Below, piece by piece: positions 10,365-20,784 of a DNA stretch of 64,000 nt; position 1 is the first letter of the stretch, and each line of letters begins with the position of its first letter. Position numbers and translations under genes: made by a program. The notes beneath the pieces are model-generated. The model was not told where the DNA came from and did no database searches. It saw nothing but the letters and a program-made list of their open reading frames with translations. The stretch covers positions 160,001 through 224,000 of the forward strand of contig CAWCFT010000001.1 in NCBI GenBank assembly GCA_963794945.1, given 5' to 3'. The stretch is from Endomicrobiales bacterium (lineage in GTDB: Bacteria > Elusimicrobiota > Endomicrobiia > Endomicrobiales > CAWCFT01).

Positions 10365-10417
10365 AAGACACCTTCTTTATAAAGTGACTTAGAGTAACAT
10401 CGGTTTTACGACACGGG

Positions 10418-11138
10418 TCAGCCCGCAAGTTTTTCAAAGTACCTTGAGAGCAAACTGAAATTTCCGGAAATAAGTATTACCCCGACGATAATAAGTATTA
10501 TACCCGACGTTGTTTCTATGTAACCAAAATATTTTTTTATCACAGAGAACATACCCAGCGCCCAATTAACAAAAAGTGCTGTTAGAAGAAAAGGAATACC
10601 CATTCCCAAAAGAGTAAAGGAAAAGCAACAGCATTCCTTTGTAGATAGTTCCCTGCGCCGACGCTAGTATAAGTATAGAGGAAAGTACAGGGCCGATACA
10701 TGGAGTCCATCCTGCGGCAAAGGCAAGTCCTATTAAAAATGAGCCCAGGTAGCCGCCCGAAAATTTGCCTGCATCAAGCCTTTTTTCCGCGTATAGGAAC
10801 TTTATCCTGTACACACCGCTCAAATGAATCCCGAAAATTATTACGGCTATCCCTCCCACCCATCTTATTAAAGCTTTGTGCGTGCCGAGAAGAGCTCCGA
10901 AATAACTGGCCGATGCTCCAAGCAGAACGAAAACCGCACTGAAGCCGATCACGAAAGCCAGGGCGTTCAAAAATGTTTTGAGGAGCGCCGATCCTTCAGC
11001 TCCTTTGAGCTCTGAAACAGACACGCCAGTGATGAACGATATATATATTGGGATAAGCGGCAGGACACATGGGCTGGCGAAGGTCAAAAGGCCGGCGGCA
11101 AAACTTACTAAGTAAGGGAATTTACCAAGCGTTGTCAT
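10418..11138 (-). CDS. ccdA: Cytochrome c biogenesis / thiol-disulfide transporter CcdA (frameshift near 10610)
   Basis: SPCVLPLIP and GWTPCIGP motifs; C-terminus GMGIPFL continues in another frame. Confidence 0.88.
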
Positions 11139-11596
11139 TTTTTTAGGGCTTTTTTCATGTTTGCCGCGAAATCAGGCGCGGGGTTATAGCCGACCATCTT
11201 GTCTATGACTGTCCCATCAGGATTTATGAATACTATAGTAGGAAGGCCCTGCACACCGTATTTAGACGCGTCCTGTCCGTACTTGTCCGTGTCAACCTTA
11301 ACGCACACGAAATTCTTTGAAAGCGCAATGACCTCAGGGTCCGTATAAACATCCTTGTCAAGTTTCTTGCACCAGCCGCACCATTCCGCAAAAAAGTCAA
11401 CCATGAGCGGTTTTTTTGACGATTGGCCAAGTGCCAGACCGCCGGCTAGCGTGTAAGACCAGTTTATTGAGCCTTCCGCCGCGTTAACAGCAGCAGTTTT
11501 CTGTGTGTTTGCAGAAGCGTTTTCGGCTTTTCCTTCCCTGCAGCCGACAAGCATAACAGCGCAAAATACCGCGAACGCGAACAGTTTCATTTTCAT
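11135..11596 (-). CDS. Thioredoxin-like lipoprotein
   Basis: Lipobox LVGC, WCGWC active site, GLPT cis-Pro motif; GGAGG RBS. Confidence 0.88.
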   Translation of the reverse strand: MKMKLFAFAVFCAVMLVGCREGKAENASANTQKTAAVNAAEGSINWSYTLAGGLALGQSSKKPLMVDFFAEWCGWCKKLDKDVYTDPEVIALSKNFVCVKVDTDKYGQDASKYGVQGLPTIVFINPDGTVIDKMVGYNPAPDFAANMKKALKK

Positions 11597-11659
11597 AATT
11601 GCCTCCATCTAAGGTACCACCTATGAAAGAAAAAGTCAAGGTGACAAAAAGTATCTCCG

Positions 11660-11859
11660 CAGTAGTTTCTAACTACTGATCTGTTCTGTTAAACAAGTTC
11701 TTTGGCCGTTCGCCCGCTTTGTATCGTAAGAAGCTCCGAAAATATCCGGACTTCAGTCACCTATTGGCAGCTCTGCACTTGGCGGACTGCATGATAGAAT
11801 CGGGCGACGCCCCTCCGCTAATCAGACTTGTTGAAGCTGTCAGCCTTGCGGCGGACACT
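11660..11859 (-). ncRNA. Putative bridge/seek RNA of the IS110 element (boundaries approximate)
   Basis: Contains AACAAGTCTGAT (matches left junction) and ATAGGTGA (matches circle junction), each next to stem-loops. Confidence 0.7.
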
Positions 11860-12886
11860 TCAGGCACCATTGAGCGCGAGGGACGCCGTAGTCCGTATAT
11901 AATATGGCCGCTTATCTTTCAAAACTCGATACACAATTTTCAATAAATCTCTGGCAAGAGCCACTCGCGCCACGTTGGGCGCTTTCCGTTTGGCTATAGC
12001 TTCATACTTTTCTGTTCGTTCAACGCTGCTCTTTGAAAAATGGTGAACTGCCTCAATCAATATCCACTGTAGGTGTTTACGCCGATTCTTATTTAAAGAA
12101 CCGTGATATTCTTTGTCGGCGCTCTGGAATGTTCTCGGTGCAAGGCCTGCGTACGCGCAGAGGCGGTTAAATGTTGTAAAACGGCTAATATCGCCTATCT
12201 CGCTTTTAATAAGCAACGCACCAAAACTGCCTATCCCAGGAATACTTTCAAGATTCCGCGCGTCGGGATCACTTTCGGCTATTGCATGTAGTTGCCACCC
12301 GATACGGTTTTCACGCGCATTCAAAGCGCCTATTTGCTCAATCCAGTTTTCTGCGGCAATCCGGCACGGTTCAGATAATTTGTTCACCGCAATACCGTTC
12401 AATTGCTTCATTGAAGTATAGTCACCCGTTGACATCTGTCCATGGCGATCAAGAAGTGACTTTAACCGTGCTGTGTTCCGCGTTCGTTCACTGACAATGC
12501 TCATCCGGCAATGCAACAGTTCTTTAATAGCTCGTATCTTCTTGTTCTGGCAGCTCTACTGTAGGTAAATAGCCCTTACGGAGCACATCGGCTATAAGCC
12601 GGGCATCTATCTTGTTTGTTTTCTTGTTTCGTTTTGCAAATGCTTTCAGCTCGTACGAATTCGCAAGATACACCTTGTAAGCATATTCTTCGGCGAGATC
12701 AACGAAATAGTACCAATTGTAAGTCGTTTCAACTGCAAGTGTAAATGGTCGTGGGAGCGTTTTATAATATGATCGCAACACTTCTGGCAAATTTGCTATA
12801 CTCTGGCTGTCAATCCGTTTGCCCTGCTCGTTCGTCACGTAAAACCAAGAACGCTCTTTGTGCAAGTCTACACCAACATAATTCAT
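11860..12886 (-). pseudogene. IS110 transposase/recombinase (frameshift near 12540)
   Basis: YVGVDLHK, AVETT, KKTNKIDA; C-terminal SIPGIG...EIGDISRF...AYAGLAPRTFQSA. Confidence 0.9.
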
Positions 12887-12985
12887 GGCAACCTCCTCGT
12901 TTTGTCTTATTGCTCGATACAATAAGTTTAACAAAACTAGATGGAGGTTGCTTTCATATTATCAGACTTGTTTTTCATCTATACG

Positions 12986-13888
12986 CTATATTTTTTCAAG
13001 CATCCTGTCAATTGCTTTTTTTGCCCCTGCACTGACAGCTTCTTCAACCCTGACAACGTTTTTCATGTCTTCAAGGCACCATAGGACTTTTTCAAGGCTG
13101 TTCTTTTTCATGTTCACGCAAACCGCCCGCGCGGAAACCGGATAGAACTTCTTAGAAGGGTTCTCTTTGTTCAGCCTGTGTATAATGCCTACCTCGGTAC
13201 ACATTATGAATTCATTTTTTCCTGGAGTTTTAGCGTATTCGCACATACCGCTGGTTGAAAGGACCTTGTCGGCAAGCGCCGTTACTTCGGGCCGGCATTC
13301 GGGATGAGCCAGCACTTCGGCTTCCGGATGCGCCTGTTTAGCTACAGCGACATCATTCTGGTTTATCCGTTCGTGGACTATGCAATAACCGTCAGTAAGA
13401 ATAAGTATTTTTCCGGTCTTGGAAGCCACATATGCCCCCAGGTTCCTGTCAGGGACGAAAATTATAGTGTCTTCTTTCATTTTCCTTACTATATTTTCGG
13501 CGTTGGCGGACGTGCAGCAGATATCCGACTCAGCTTTTACGGCAGCCGATGTGTTGACGTAACAAACCACCGGCACCCCGGGGTTCTCTTTCTTTAATTG
13601 ACGCAGTTGATCGGCCGTGATCATGTCGGCCATGGGGCATCCAGCGGGTTCCGGCAGAAGAACGGTTTTATCGGGGCTCAACATGGCCGCGGTCTCGGCC
13701 ATGAAATGTACGCCGCAGAACACTATAACATCCGCCTTCGTCTCCGAGGCCCTGCCTGCGAGGTCAAGTGAATCTCCGATGAAATCGGCTATATCCTGCA
13801 CCTCGCCGGACTGGTAATTGTGTACCAGTATCACGGCGTTGCGCTTTTTCTTTAACGCGTTGATCCTTTCTGCTAAAATTTCAGTCAT
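12986..13888 (-). CDS. nadA: Quinolinate synthase A
   Basis: HNYQ, GDSL, FCGVHFMAET, GCPMAD, YVNT, CTSAN, PDRNLG, HPEC motifs. Confidence 0.97.
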   Translation of the reverse strand: MTEILAERINALKKKRNAVILVHNYQSGEVQDIADFIGDSLDLAGRASETKADVIVFCGVHFMAETAAMLSPDKTVLLPEPAGCPMADMITADQLRQLKKENPGVPVVCYVNTSAAVKAESDICCTSANAENIVRKMKEDTIIFVPDRNLGAYVASKTGKILILTDGYCIVHERINQNDVAVAKQAHPEAEVLAHPECRPEVTALADKVLSTSGMCEYAKTPGKNEFIMCTEVGIIHRLNKENPSKKFYPVSARAVCVNMKKNSLEKVLWCLEDMKNVVRVEEAVSAGAKKAIDRMLEKI

Positions 13889-13893
13889 CTGAT

Positions 13894-14526
13894 TTATATC
13901 CTTTTTGAACGGTTAGGGAAAAGCTCCTGAAATTTTCGCATCTCCGCGGTAGTATCTTTCTTTGTGATGACACAGGAAATAGCGCAGACCGAATCTGCCC
14001 CGGCATCTATAACGCTTCCGGCATTCGACATGTCTATACCGCCAATGGCTACAATTGGCACCAAGGCAAATTTCTTGATTTCCGATATAAGGCCGGTACC
14101 CGAAGGCGATCCCGCGTCTTTCTTTGTGCCGGTCTTAAAGATCGGCGAAACAGCTATATAATCTGCCCCGTCTAATATCGCCTGCCTCGCTTCAGCGACG
14201 TTGTGCACCGTGACACCAATTATCTTATTTGAACCGATCAGTTTCCTTGCGGCAAGGCACGGCAGATCATCCTGCCCCACGTGAACACCGTCCGCGCCAC
14301 AAGCGATGGCAACGTCTACCCTATCGTTTACAACGAACAAAGCGTTGCCGCAGAGATGTTTTAAACGCGAGGCTCTTTCCAGCATGTCTTTGCCGACAGC
14401 GTTTTTGGCCCTGTACTGGATCATGCTTACGCCTGCTTTGACAGCAGACTTCACGTCTTCTTCATCGCCCGCGAGGCTTAGCCCCGAGTCCGTTACAAAA
14501 TAATATCCTTGAATTCTATTATCCAT
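13894..14526 (-). CDS. thiE: Thiamine-phosphate synthase
   Basis: QYRAK, VNDRVD, GVHVGQDD, TKKD, AIGGI. Confidence 0.95.
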   Translation of the reverse strand: MDNRIQGYYFVTDSGLSLAGDEEDVKSAVKAGVSMIQYRAKNAVGKDMLERASRLKHLCGNALFVVNDRVDVAIACGADGVHVGQDDLPCLAARKLIGSNKIIGVTVHNVAEARQAILDGADYIAVSPIFKTGTKKDAGSPSGTGLISEIKKFALVPIVAIGGIDMSNAGSVIDAGADSVCAISCVITKKDTTAEMRKFQELFPNRSKRI

Positions 14527-14532
14527 AAACTT

Positions 14533-15329
14533 TCATCCGGTTACAGTTATCTTTGCCATCTTGTCTGCAGTCGCGCCTTCAAGTTGGTATATGGCGTCAA
14601 AGAAGTTTTCCTTAAATGTTCCAGGCCCCTTAGAAAAGGCCGCGGTGATCTCAGCGGCTGCCTCATAGCACACGAGCCCGCAGGCAGCTGCCAAAGCAAA
14701 ATCTTTTTCCACAGCGCAGAAGGTCCCAATTACGGAGGCGGCCATGCATCCAGTTCCAACTATGTGCGCCATCATGGGGTCGCCGTTCTTGACAATATAG
14801 GTTTTACGCCCGTTTGTAATTATATCTTCGGCACCGGTAATGACCACAGTGCACGCTCTTTTTACAGCAAGTTCTTTTGCAAGGTTCACCAGATCCTTTT
14901 CAACACTCGACGCGTCAACACCTTTTGTGCGGACGTCCTCTCCGGCTATCCTTGCTACTTCAGAAGAATTCCCTTTTATCACGTCAACTTTGACTTTATC
15001 AAGTATTTCAAAACTCTTGTCGTCTCTGAGCTTAGTGGCGCCGACACCGCACACGTCCAGCACAACTGGTATGCCCTTTTTGTTCGCCGCTCCGGCCGTG
15101 ATTATCATCGACTCCACGAAGTCCGGAGTAAGCGTGCCTATGTTTAGCACCAGAGCGGAGGCGATACCCGTCATATCCGCGGCCTTCTCTCTTTCGCGTG
15201 CGCCATGACAGGTGAGGCGCCGAATACCTTTACGACGTTCGCGCAGTCATAGATAGTCACCCAGTTAGTCAGGTGATGGATGACCGGCTTCTGGCTTCTT
15301 ACTTTTTCAAGCAGTGCGGATACCTTCAT
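14533..15329 (-). CDS. thiM: Hydroxyethylthiazole kinase (frameshift near 15190)
   Basis: N-terminal HHLTNWVT...CANV...GASPVMAH in the upstream frame, then LNIGT, KGNSSE, VGTGC. Confidence 0.92.
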
Positions 15330-15351
15330 TTTGCCAGACCTCCCAAAATAT

Positions 15352-15382
15352 AAATTCCCCGAAGCGATAACAGCGGGGAATT
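15352..15382 (-). terminator. Expression-platform terminator of the TPP riboswitch
   Basis: AATTCCCCG...CGGGGAATTT hairpin followed by AT-rich tract. Confidence 0.65.
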
Positions 15383-15399
15383 AGTAACGAAATCTGACA

Positions 15400-15487
15400 A
15401 TTCCCTCCGCTGGCATTACCCAGATCAGGTTCATAAGGTAATCCCGCTCTACGGGAACTCTCAGAGCCGTCCTACGGCCCTCCCTTT
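15400..15487 (-). ncRNA. TPP riboswitch (THI element)
   Basis: GGG...CTGAGA...ACC...ACCTGATCTGGGTAATGCCAGCGGAGGGAA directly upstream of thiM. Confidence 0.95.
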
Positions 15488-15541
15488 TTGACACAGCAAT
15501 TTTACCACAAAGCCCGGCGGTTGTCAAATTGAGTAATGAAA

Positions 15542-16057
15542 CTACCGCGGCTTCCAGAAATACCACGTAAGATAGAACGCTATAGCGCTTTTATTTTGTT
15601 CGGAATCGTTTGGGAACCAGGTCATGTTTACTGACAGGTTTTTGAGGTATGGAACGGTCAATGGCCTAAAAGAAATGATCGGCAGGGGCCCGAAGTGTAT
15701 GCTGTATGAAGGTGTGTCAAAATAAACAAGCGCGATGCCAGCGCTCAATGAAGGGCAGAAGCCGAATTTATATTTATATTCAACAGCCGCGTATTTTGCC
15801 GTATAGTAAAGAGAATCCTTAAAAAAACCCAATTCATAAGCCAGAATACTGTTTGAACTTTCTTCTGTAATGAACTCCAGCCCTAACCCGGAATTAGTGC
15901 CGTTTAGCGGGCGCTGCATGCCATTGTCATCATAAAAATATTTCGTATTGTAATGATAGGAGAGCCCGTTAATGTTAAGGCCCAGCTCGCCCGCGCGTGC
16001 GGGCACCGTAAAGTATACGCACAATAACAGAGCCGCGAATGGGATAAATTTCTTCAT
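15542..16057 (-). CDS. Exported hypothetical protein, possible small outer-membrane beta-barrel
   Basis: Signal peptide, GLSYHY...NSGLG, alternating aromatic strands ending FYLTWYF. Confidence 0.5.
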   Translation of the reverse strand: MKKFIPFAALLLCVYFTVPARAGELGLNINGLSYHYNTKYFYDDNGMQRPLNGTNSGLGLEFITEESSNSILAYELGFFKDSLYYTAKYAAVEYKYKFGFCPSLSAGIALVYFDTPSYSIHFGPLPIISFRPLTVPYLKNLSVNMTWFPNDSEQNKSAIAFYLTWYFWKPR

Positions 16058-16647
16058 TTCGTGACTAGGAACACCGCGTTCTCGGCCAGGAGGTTAGGAA
16101 GCAGGTTTAACTCGGAATCTACACCGAGGTATCGTTCCTTTAGGATCTTTATGTTTTTCTGCGAGCAGAACCTTTTAAAATCGTTAATGCTTAGCGAACG
16201 TATGTTGGGCGTGTTATACCATTCATACGGCAGGGATTTCGTGACAGGGACATTTCCGTGGAAAGAAAGCATAAGCCTTGCCTTTATGTTCGCAAAGTTA
16301 GGGAAACCAACAATAGCCTTCGCGCCTACCCTCAAAGCCTCCCCGATAACGAGATCGATCTTCTTGACCTGCTGCAGGCTCTGGTTGAGTATCGCGTAAT
16401 CGAACGATTTGTCGGGATAACTGGAGAGCCCCGAATCTATGTCCGTATGAAAAACGCTCAGCCCCTTTTCCACGCACTTATAGATGGCCTCTTCCGAGAG
16501 CTCTATACCCTGAACTTTCGCGCCTTTGTTGGTCTCTAGGTATTTCATAAGCTCACCGTCTCCGCAGCCAAGGTCCAGCACGCGCGAGCCGGGCTCTATC
16601 ATGTCCAGTATTATCTTATAATCCAGCCTTAAACCGTTATCTGCCAT
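16054..16647 (-). CDS. metW: Methionine biosynthesis protein MetW
   Basis: [25 protein letters not shown]; adjacent to metX. Confidence 0.93.
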   Translation of the reverse strand: MADNGLRLDYKIILDMIEPGSRVLDLGCGDGELMKYLETNKGAKVQGIELSEEAIYKCVEKGLSVFHTDIDSGLSSYPDKSFDYAILNQSLQQVKKIDLVIGEALRVGAKAIVGFPNFANIKARLMLSFHGNVPVTKSLPYEWYNTPNIRSLSINDFKRFCSQKNIKILKERYLGVDSELNLLPNLLAENAVFLVTK

Positions 16648-17773
16648 TTACCTCTCCCGAAACTTTTTCTAAGAAATGTTTTATCAACCGGCTTTCAGAT
16701 TCGGCTTCCAGAAGGAACGCGTCGTGGCCGTAAGTGGACTTTATCTCGCAGTAAGTTACATCCACTCCCTTCAACTTAAGGTTCTGCGCGATATCCTTGG
16801 ACTGGTACGACGGATAAAGCCAGTCCGACTGGAAAGATATCACCAGAAACTTCGTTTCCACCTTCACGCCTATTGGAAGAAGCTTCTCGCCCGAGACGTC
16901 GAAATAGTCCATCGCCTTTGTTATGTAAAGATACGAGTTAGCATCGAATCTTTTAACAAAGTTGTCGCCTTTGTACCTGAGGTAACCTTCCACCTGGAAA
17001 TCGGTTTTGAAACTAAAAGAAAAATCCTTATCATTTAGTTTCCTTGAAAATTTTTCTTCCATGGACTGGTCACTCATATACGTTATGTGTCCTATCATAC
17101 GCGCCATTGCCAGCCCGCGTTCCGGCTGGCCTTTTCCGTAGTAATTTCCTTTGTTCCACACTGGGTCGGCCATAACCGCCTGCCGGCCTACTTCGTCGAA
17201 AGCTATCTGCTGCGGTGAATGTTTGGAAGTAGTCGCTATAGGTATGGCGCTCGCGACACGGTGCGGGAAGTTCGCAACCCACTGGAGCGCCTGCATACCG
17301 CCCATAGAGCCCCCCGCAACGCAGAGAAGCTTTTCAATGCCAAGGTGCGTTATGAGTTTTTCCTGAGCGTTGACCATGTCTGAGATTGTGATTATGGGAA
17401 AATCCAGGCCGAACGGCTGTCCAGTGACTGGGTCGATCGAAGACGGGCCGGTGCTCCCTTTGCACCCGCCTATGCTGTTAGAGCATATAACGAAATATTT
17501 ATCCGTATCGAAAGCCTTTCCCGGGCCTATTATCGTATCCCACCATCCCGGTTTCTCATCGTCTTTATGATAGCCAGCCGCGTGCGCGTCTCCTGAGAAA
17601 GCGTGAAGGATAAGCACAGCATTAGACTTGTCGTGGTTAAGCTTTCCGTATGTCTCATAAGCGAGTGTCACTGGCCCAAGCGTTTTGCCGGACTCAAGGC
17701 CAAGCGGCTCCTTGAACGTAAAATATTTTGGCTCAACTACGCCTAAACTGCTGCTCTTCTCTTTATCAGTCAT
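16637..17773 (-). CDS. metX: Homoserine O-acetyltransferase
   Basis: [31 protein letters not shown]. Confidence 0.95.
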   Translation of the reverse strand: MTDKEKSSSLGVVEPKYFTFKEPLGLESGKTLGPVTLAYETYGKLNHDKSNAVLILHAFSGDAHAAGYHKDDEKPGWWDTIIGPGKAFDTDKYFVICSNSIGGCKGSTGPSSIDPVTGQPFGLDFPIITISDMVNAQEKLITHLGIEKLLCVAGGSMGGMQALQWVANFPHRVASAIPIATTSKHSPQQIAFDEVGRQAVMADPVWNKGNYYGKGQPERGLAMARMIGHITYMSDQSMEEKFSRKLNDKDFSFSFKTDFQVEGYLRYKGDNFVKRFDANSYLYITKAMDYFDVSGEKLLPIGVKVETKFLVISFQSDWLYPSYQSKDIAQNLKLKGVDVTYCEIKSTYGHDAFLLEAESESRLIKHFLEKVSGEVNGR

Positions 17774-17782
17774 TTAATTTCC

Positions 17783-18232
17783 TTATATGCTGTAATCGAT
17801 AGTATCAGTAACTTGTAGCTTGCGCGACTTATCGGCTATGTCTTGGAATGTGGTTTTGTCTACTACATTGTTTACTGCATCCCTCGCCTCTTCAAAATAG
17901 CCCTTCAGCGCGCACTTCTTCTCGTAATTGCATTTGTTGTAACATGACTTGCTTACGCACGCTATTGAAGAAGTCGGGCCTTCCATGAGCCGTATTATCT
18001 CGCCCATGGTAATCTTTGAAGGCGGCTTGGAAAGGTAAACTCCGCCCTTAGGGCCTCTTACGGTCTTTACATAGCCAGCGCCCTTGAGTATGGTTATAAT
18101 CTGCTCAAGAAATTTAGTCGGGATATCCTGCCTTTTCGAAATATCCTTTATCTGGTCGATGCCCTTATCGTAGTTCAGCGCCAGGTCAAGTATTATTTTG
18201 AGCGCGTAGTCGCCTTTGAAAGTTATCTTCAT
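17783..18232 (-). CDS. Rrf2 family transcriptional regulator (CymR/IscR-like)
   Basis: FLEQI...VRGPKGG winged helix; Cys cluster ACVSKSCYNKCNYEKKC; C-terminus DYSI. Confidence 0.9.
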   Translation of the reverse strand: MKITFKGDYALKIILDLALNYDKGIDQIKDISKRQDIPTKFLEQIITILKGAGYVKTVRGPKGGVYLSKPPSKITMGEIIRLMEGPTSSIACVSKSCYNKCNYEKKCALKGYFEEARDAVNNVVDKTTFQDIADKSRKLQVTDTIDYSI

Positions 18233-18259
18233 TGTTTTTCCCTATAATGTCTATATTGA

Positions 18260-19405
18260 TTATATAATATTCTTAAGAGCTTTTTCAAGGTCTACAAGCA
18301 AATCTTTTTTATGTTCTATTCCAACAGAAAGCCGTATAAGGTTATCCTTTATACCCCTGCTAAAGCGTTCTTTTTGAGGGATCGAGGCATGGGTCATTTC
18401 TGAAGGATAGCAAACAAGAGATTCCACACCCCCAAGGCTTTCCGCCAAGGTAAATATTTTCAACCCGGCAATGAATTTCTTTGCTTCAGCCTTGCCGCCT
18501 TTTATCTCAAGGCTTACGATACCACCGTAGCCATCCATCTGGAGTTTTGCCGTTCCATGGCCTTTGTGCGATGTGAGGCCAGGATAATAAACTCTCTCAA
18601 CATTTTTGCTGCCTTCAAGGAAACGTGCGATGGAAGAAGCGTTCTTTTCATGTTCCCTCATTCTAACCGACAAGGTCTTTACTCCTCTTAGCGTCAGCCA
18701 TGAGTCCCAAGGGCCCGGCACGGCGCCTATAGCGTTTTGATAAAACTTGATATTCTGGAAGAAAGATTCATTCGAGGTTATAACCGCTCCCCCGATAACG
18801 TCGCTGTGCCCGGCGATATATTTAGTGGTGCTATGAACCACGATGTCGGCTCCCAGTTCAATCGGCCTTTGAAAATACGGGCTGGCGAATGTGTTATCTA
18901 CTGCAAGCAATATTCCATTTTTCTTGGCTGTGTTCGCGAGATTCTTTATATCAATAATTTTTAGCAATGGATTTGTGGGAGTCTCTACCCAAATAAGTTT
19001 TGTATTCTTCTTGATCGCTTTTTCAAAAGAATGACCATCATCTATGTCCGCGTAAGTTACATCCAAACCCCATTGCTTGAAAACTTTTTCGAAGAGGCGG
19101 TAAGTGCCGCCGTAAATGTCGCTGCCGGAAACAACATCGTCGCCCACTTTCAACACACTCAAAATAGCGGCCGTCGCCGCCACACCAGAAGCGAAGGCAA
19201 GCCCGTATTTCCCGTTTTCCAGAGAAGCCAAAGCCTGCTCCAGAGCCTTCCTTGTAGGATTCCCGGTTCTTGAATATTCAAAACCTTTATGCTTTCCGAC
19301 TTCTTCCTGCTCGTAAGTCGATGTCTGGTACACCGGCACGATCACGGCGCCTGTAGCCGGGTCAGGTTCCTGGCCTTCGTGTATAGCCCTTGTTTCAAAT
19401 TTCAT
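18260..19405 (-). CDS. Cystathionine gamma-lyase/gamma-synthase
   Basis: YSRTGNPTR, ETPTNP, VDNTF, HSTTKYIAGHSD, AESLGGVESL. Confidence 0.93.
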   Translation of the reverse strand: MKFETRAIHEGQEPDPATGAVIVPVYQTSTYEQEEVGKHKGFEYSRTGNPTRKALEQALASLENGKYGLAFASGVAATAAILSVLKVGDDVVSGSDIYGGTYRLFEKVFKQWGLDVTYADIDDGHSFEKAIKKNTKLIWVETPTNPLLKIIDIKNLANTAKKNGILLAVDNTFASPYFQRPIELGADIVVHSTTKYIAGHSDVIGGAVITSNESFFQNIKFYQNAIGAVPGPWDSWLTLRGVKTLSVRMREHEKNASSIARFLEGSKNVERVYYPGLTSHKGHGTAKLQMDGYGGIVSLEIKGGKAEAKKFIAGLKIFTLAESLGGVESLVCYPSEMTHASIPQKERFSRGIKDNLIRLSVGIEHKKDLLVDLEKALKNII

Positions 19406-20771
19406 AAATATGCTCCTCTTTTTGTGTTATCAGATAGTCTATTATATCGGACCTTGTAAGAATAGCTGATGGCGATCCGCTATCATTTAATACGATTATC
19501 CCGGTGTTCCCCGCGAGCAGCCTGTAGGCTTCGGAAATGTCGCTGTCATCATGAAGCTGCGGAAGCGGTTTGCCCATCACCGCCCTTATCTGTTGTTTAG
19601 AAAAATCAATTCCGTCGGAAAGATTTTTCATTACGGAAGCATCATTTAGGCTTCCGGCCAGCTTACCGCCGTCAATTACCGGAAGCTGCGAGATATTGAA
19701 ACGGTGCATAAGCTTAACCGCGCTCGCAAGCTTATCCTGGGAACTCACAGAAATTAGCGACGGCAGGTTCCTCTTGGAGGCGAATATATCCTTGAGCTTT
19801 ACCGGGCGATTCTCCCTGCCTTCCCAGAATCCGTTTTCCTGCATCCAGGGATCTGAAAATATCTTGCTTAAGTAATTCCTGCCCGTATCAGGCAGTATAG
19901 CGACTATGAACTTTGGGATATCAAGCCGTTTTGCGTATTTCACCGCGGCGGCAAAAGCTGTCCCTGCCGACCCCCCGGCAAGGATACCTTCTTCCCTGGC
20001 AAGCCTGCGGGCCGCGTTGAAGGACTCCTTATCGCTCACGCGTATCATTTCATCCACAATTTGCCTGTTAAATGTTTTTGGTATAAAATCTTCGCCTATC
20101 CCCTCAACCTTATATGATTTCGGCGAATCACCTGACAAGATAGAGCCTTCCGGGTCCGCACCCACAACAATGATGTCCGGATTTTTCTCTTTAAGATATT
20201 TCGCGGTTCCGGATATAGTACCGCCAGTTCCCATGCCTGCCACGAGCACGTCAATTTTCCGGTCAGAATCTATCCATATCTCAGGCCCTGTGGTCTGGTA
20301 GTGCGCCTGGGGGTTATTGGGGTTCTCAAATTGATTCGGCCTATAAGCCCCGGATATCTCTGTAGCGAGCCTGTTGGCCACGCCGTTATAGCTTTCAGGT
20401 GAATCCGGCGGAACCGACGTGGGCGTTATTACAACCTCGGCCCCATAGGCTTTCAAAAGATTTATCTTGTCCTGGCTCATCTTGTCGGGCATTACAAATA
20501 TGCAGCGATAGCCCTTGACCGCGGCCACCATCGCAAGCCCGACACCCGTATTGCCGGCGGTTGCCTCGACAATGGTTCCCCCGGGTTTCAGCAGTCCGAC
20601 CTTTTCCGCCGCTTCTATCATGGTAAGCCCAACCCTGTCTTTTATGCTTCCGCCCGGATTTAAGTATTCGACTTTAACATAGATCTCGGATTTAATATCT
20701 TTCGTGATATTATTTACTCTTATCAAAGGCGTCCTTCCAATCGATTCTAAAATATTGTTGTATTTTGTCAT
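19395..20771 (-). CDS. Cystathionine beta-synthase with C-terminal CBS domains
   Basis: NPGGSIKDR, TAGNTG, GMGTGGT, YKVEGIGEDF, plus a CBS pair. Confidence 0.92.
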   Translation of the reverse strand: MTKYNNILESIGRTPLIRVNNITKDIKSEIYVKVEYLNPGGSIKDRVGLTMIEAAEKVGLLKPGGTIVEATAGNTGVGLAMVAAVKGYRCIFVMPDKMSQDKINLLKAYGAEVVITPTSVPPDSPESYNGVANRLATEISGAYRPNQFENPNNPQAHYQTTGPEIWIDSDRKIDVLVAGMGTGGTISGTAKYLKEKNPDIIVVGADPEGSILSGDSPKSYKVEGIGEDFIPKTFNRQIVDEMIRVSDKESFNAARRLAREEGILAGGSAGTAFAAAVKYAKRLDIPKFIVAILPDTGRNYLSKIFSDPWMQENGFWEGRENRPVKLKDIFASKRNLPSLISVSSQDKLASAVKLMHRFNISQLPVIDGGKLAGSLNDASVMKNLSDGIDFSKQQIRAVMGKPLPQLHDDSDISEAYRLLAGNTGIIVLNDSGSPSAILTRSDIIDYLITQKEEHIYEI

Positions 20772-20784
20772 AAAACCTCCTCTT

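Larger units (their letters stand above)
11618..12964 (-). mobile_element. IS110 family element, IS1111-type organisation (~1.35 kb)
   Basis: DEDD transposase; subterminal IRs TATGAAAGAAA (11622-11632) / TTGCTTTCATA (12948-12958); TG core at 11618-11619 and 12963-12964; ~240 nt non-coding region downstream of the transposase. Confidence 0.85.

Noticed and set aside
11602..12947. CCTCCATCTA / TAGATGGAGG 10 bp inverted repeat as alternative IS ends
   Set aside because: One copy is the thioredoxin RBS and the other is the anti-SD arm of the transposase hairpin; guide matches and junction-promoter spacing favour the TG-core ends
14509..15147. Long plus-strand ORFs (e.g. 14509-15147, 41290-42015, 42151-42708, 59543-60097)
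   Set aside because: Antisense shadows of well-supported minus-strand genes, with no recognisable motifs
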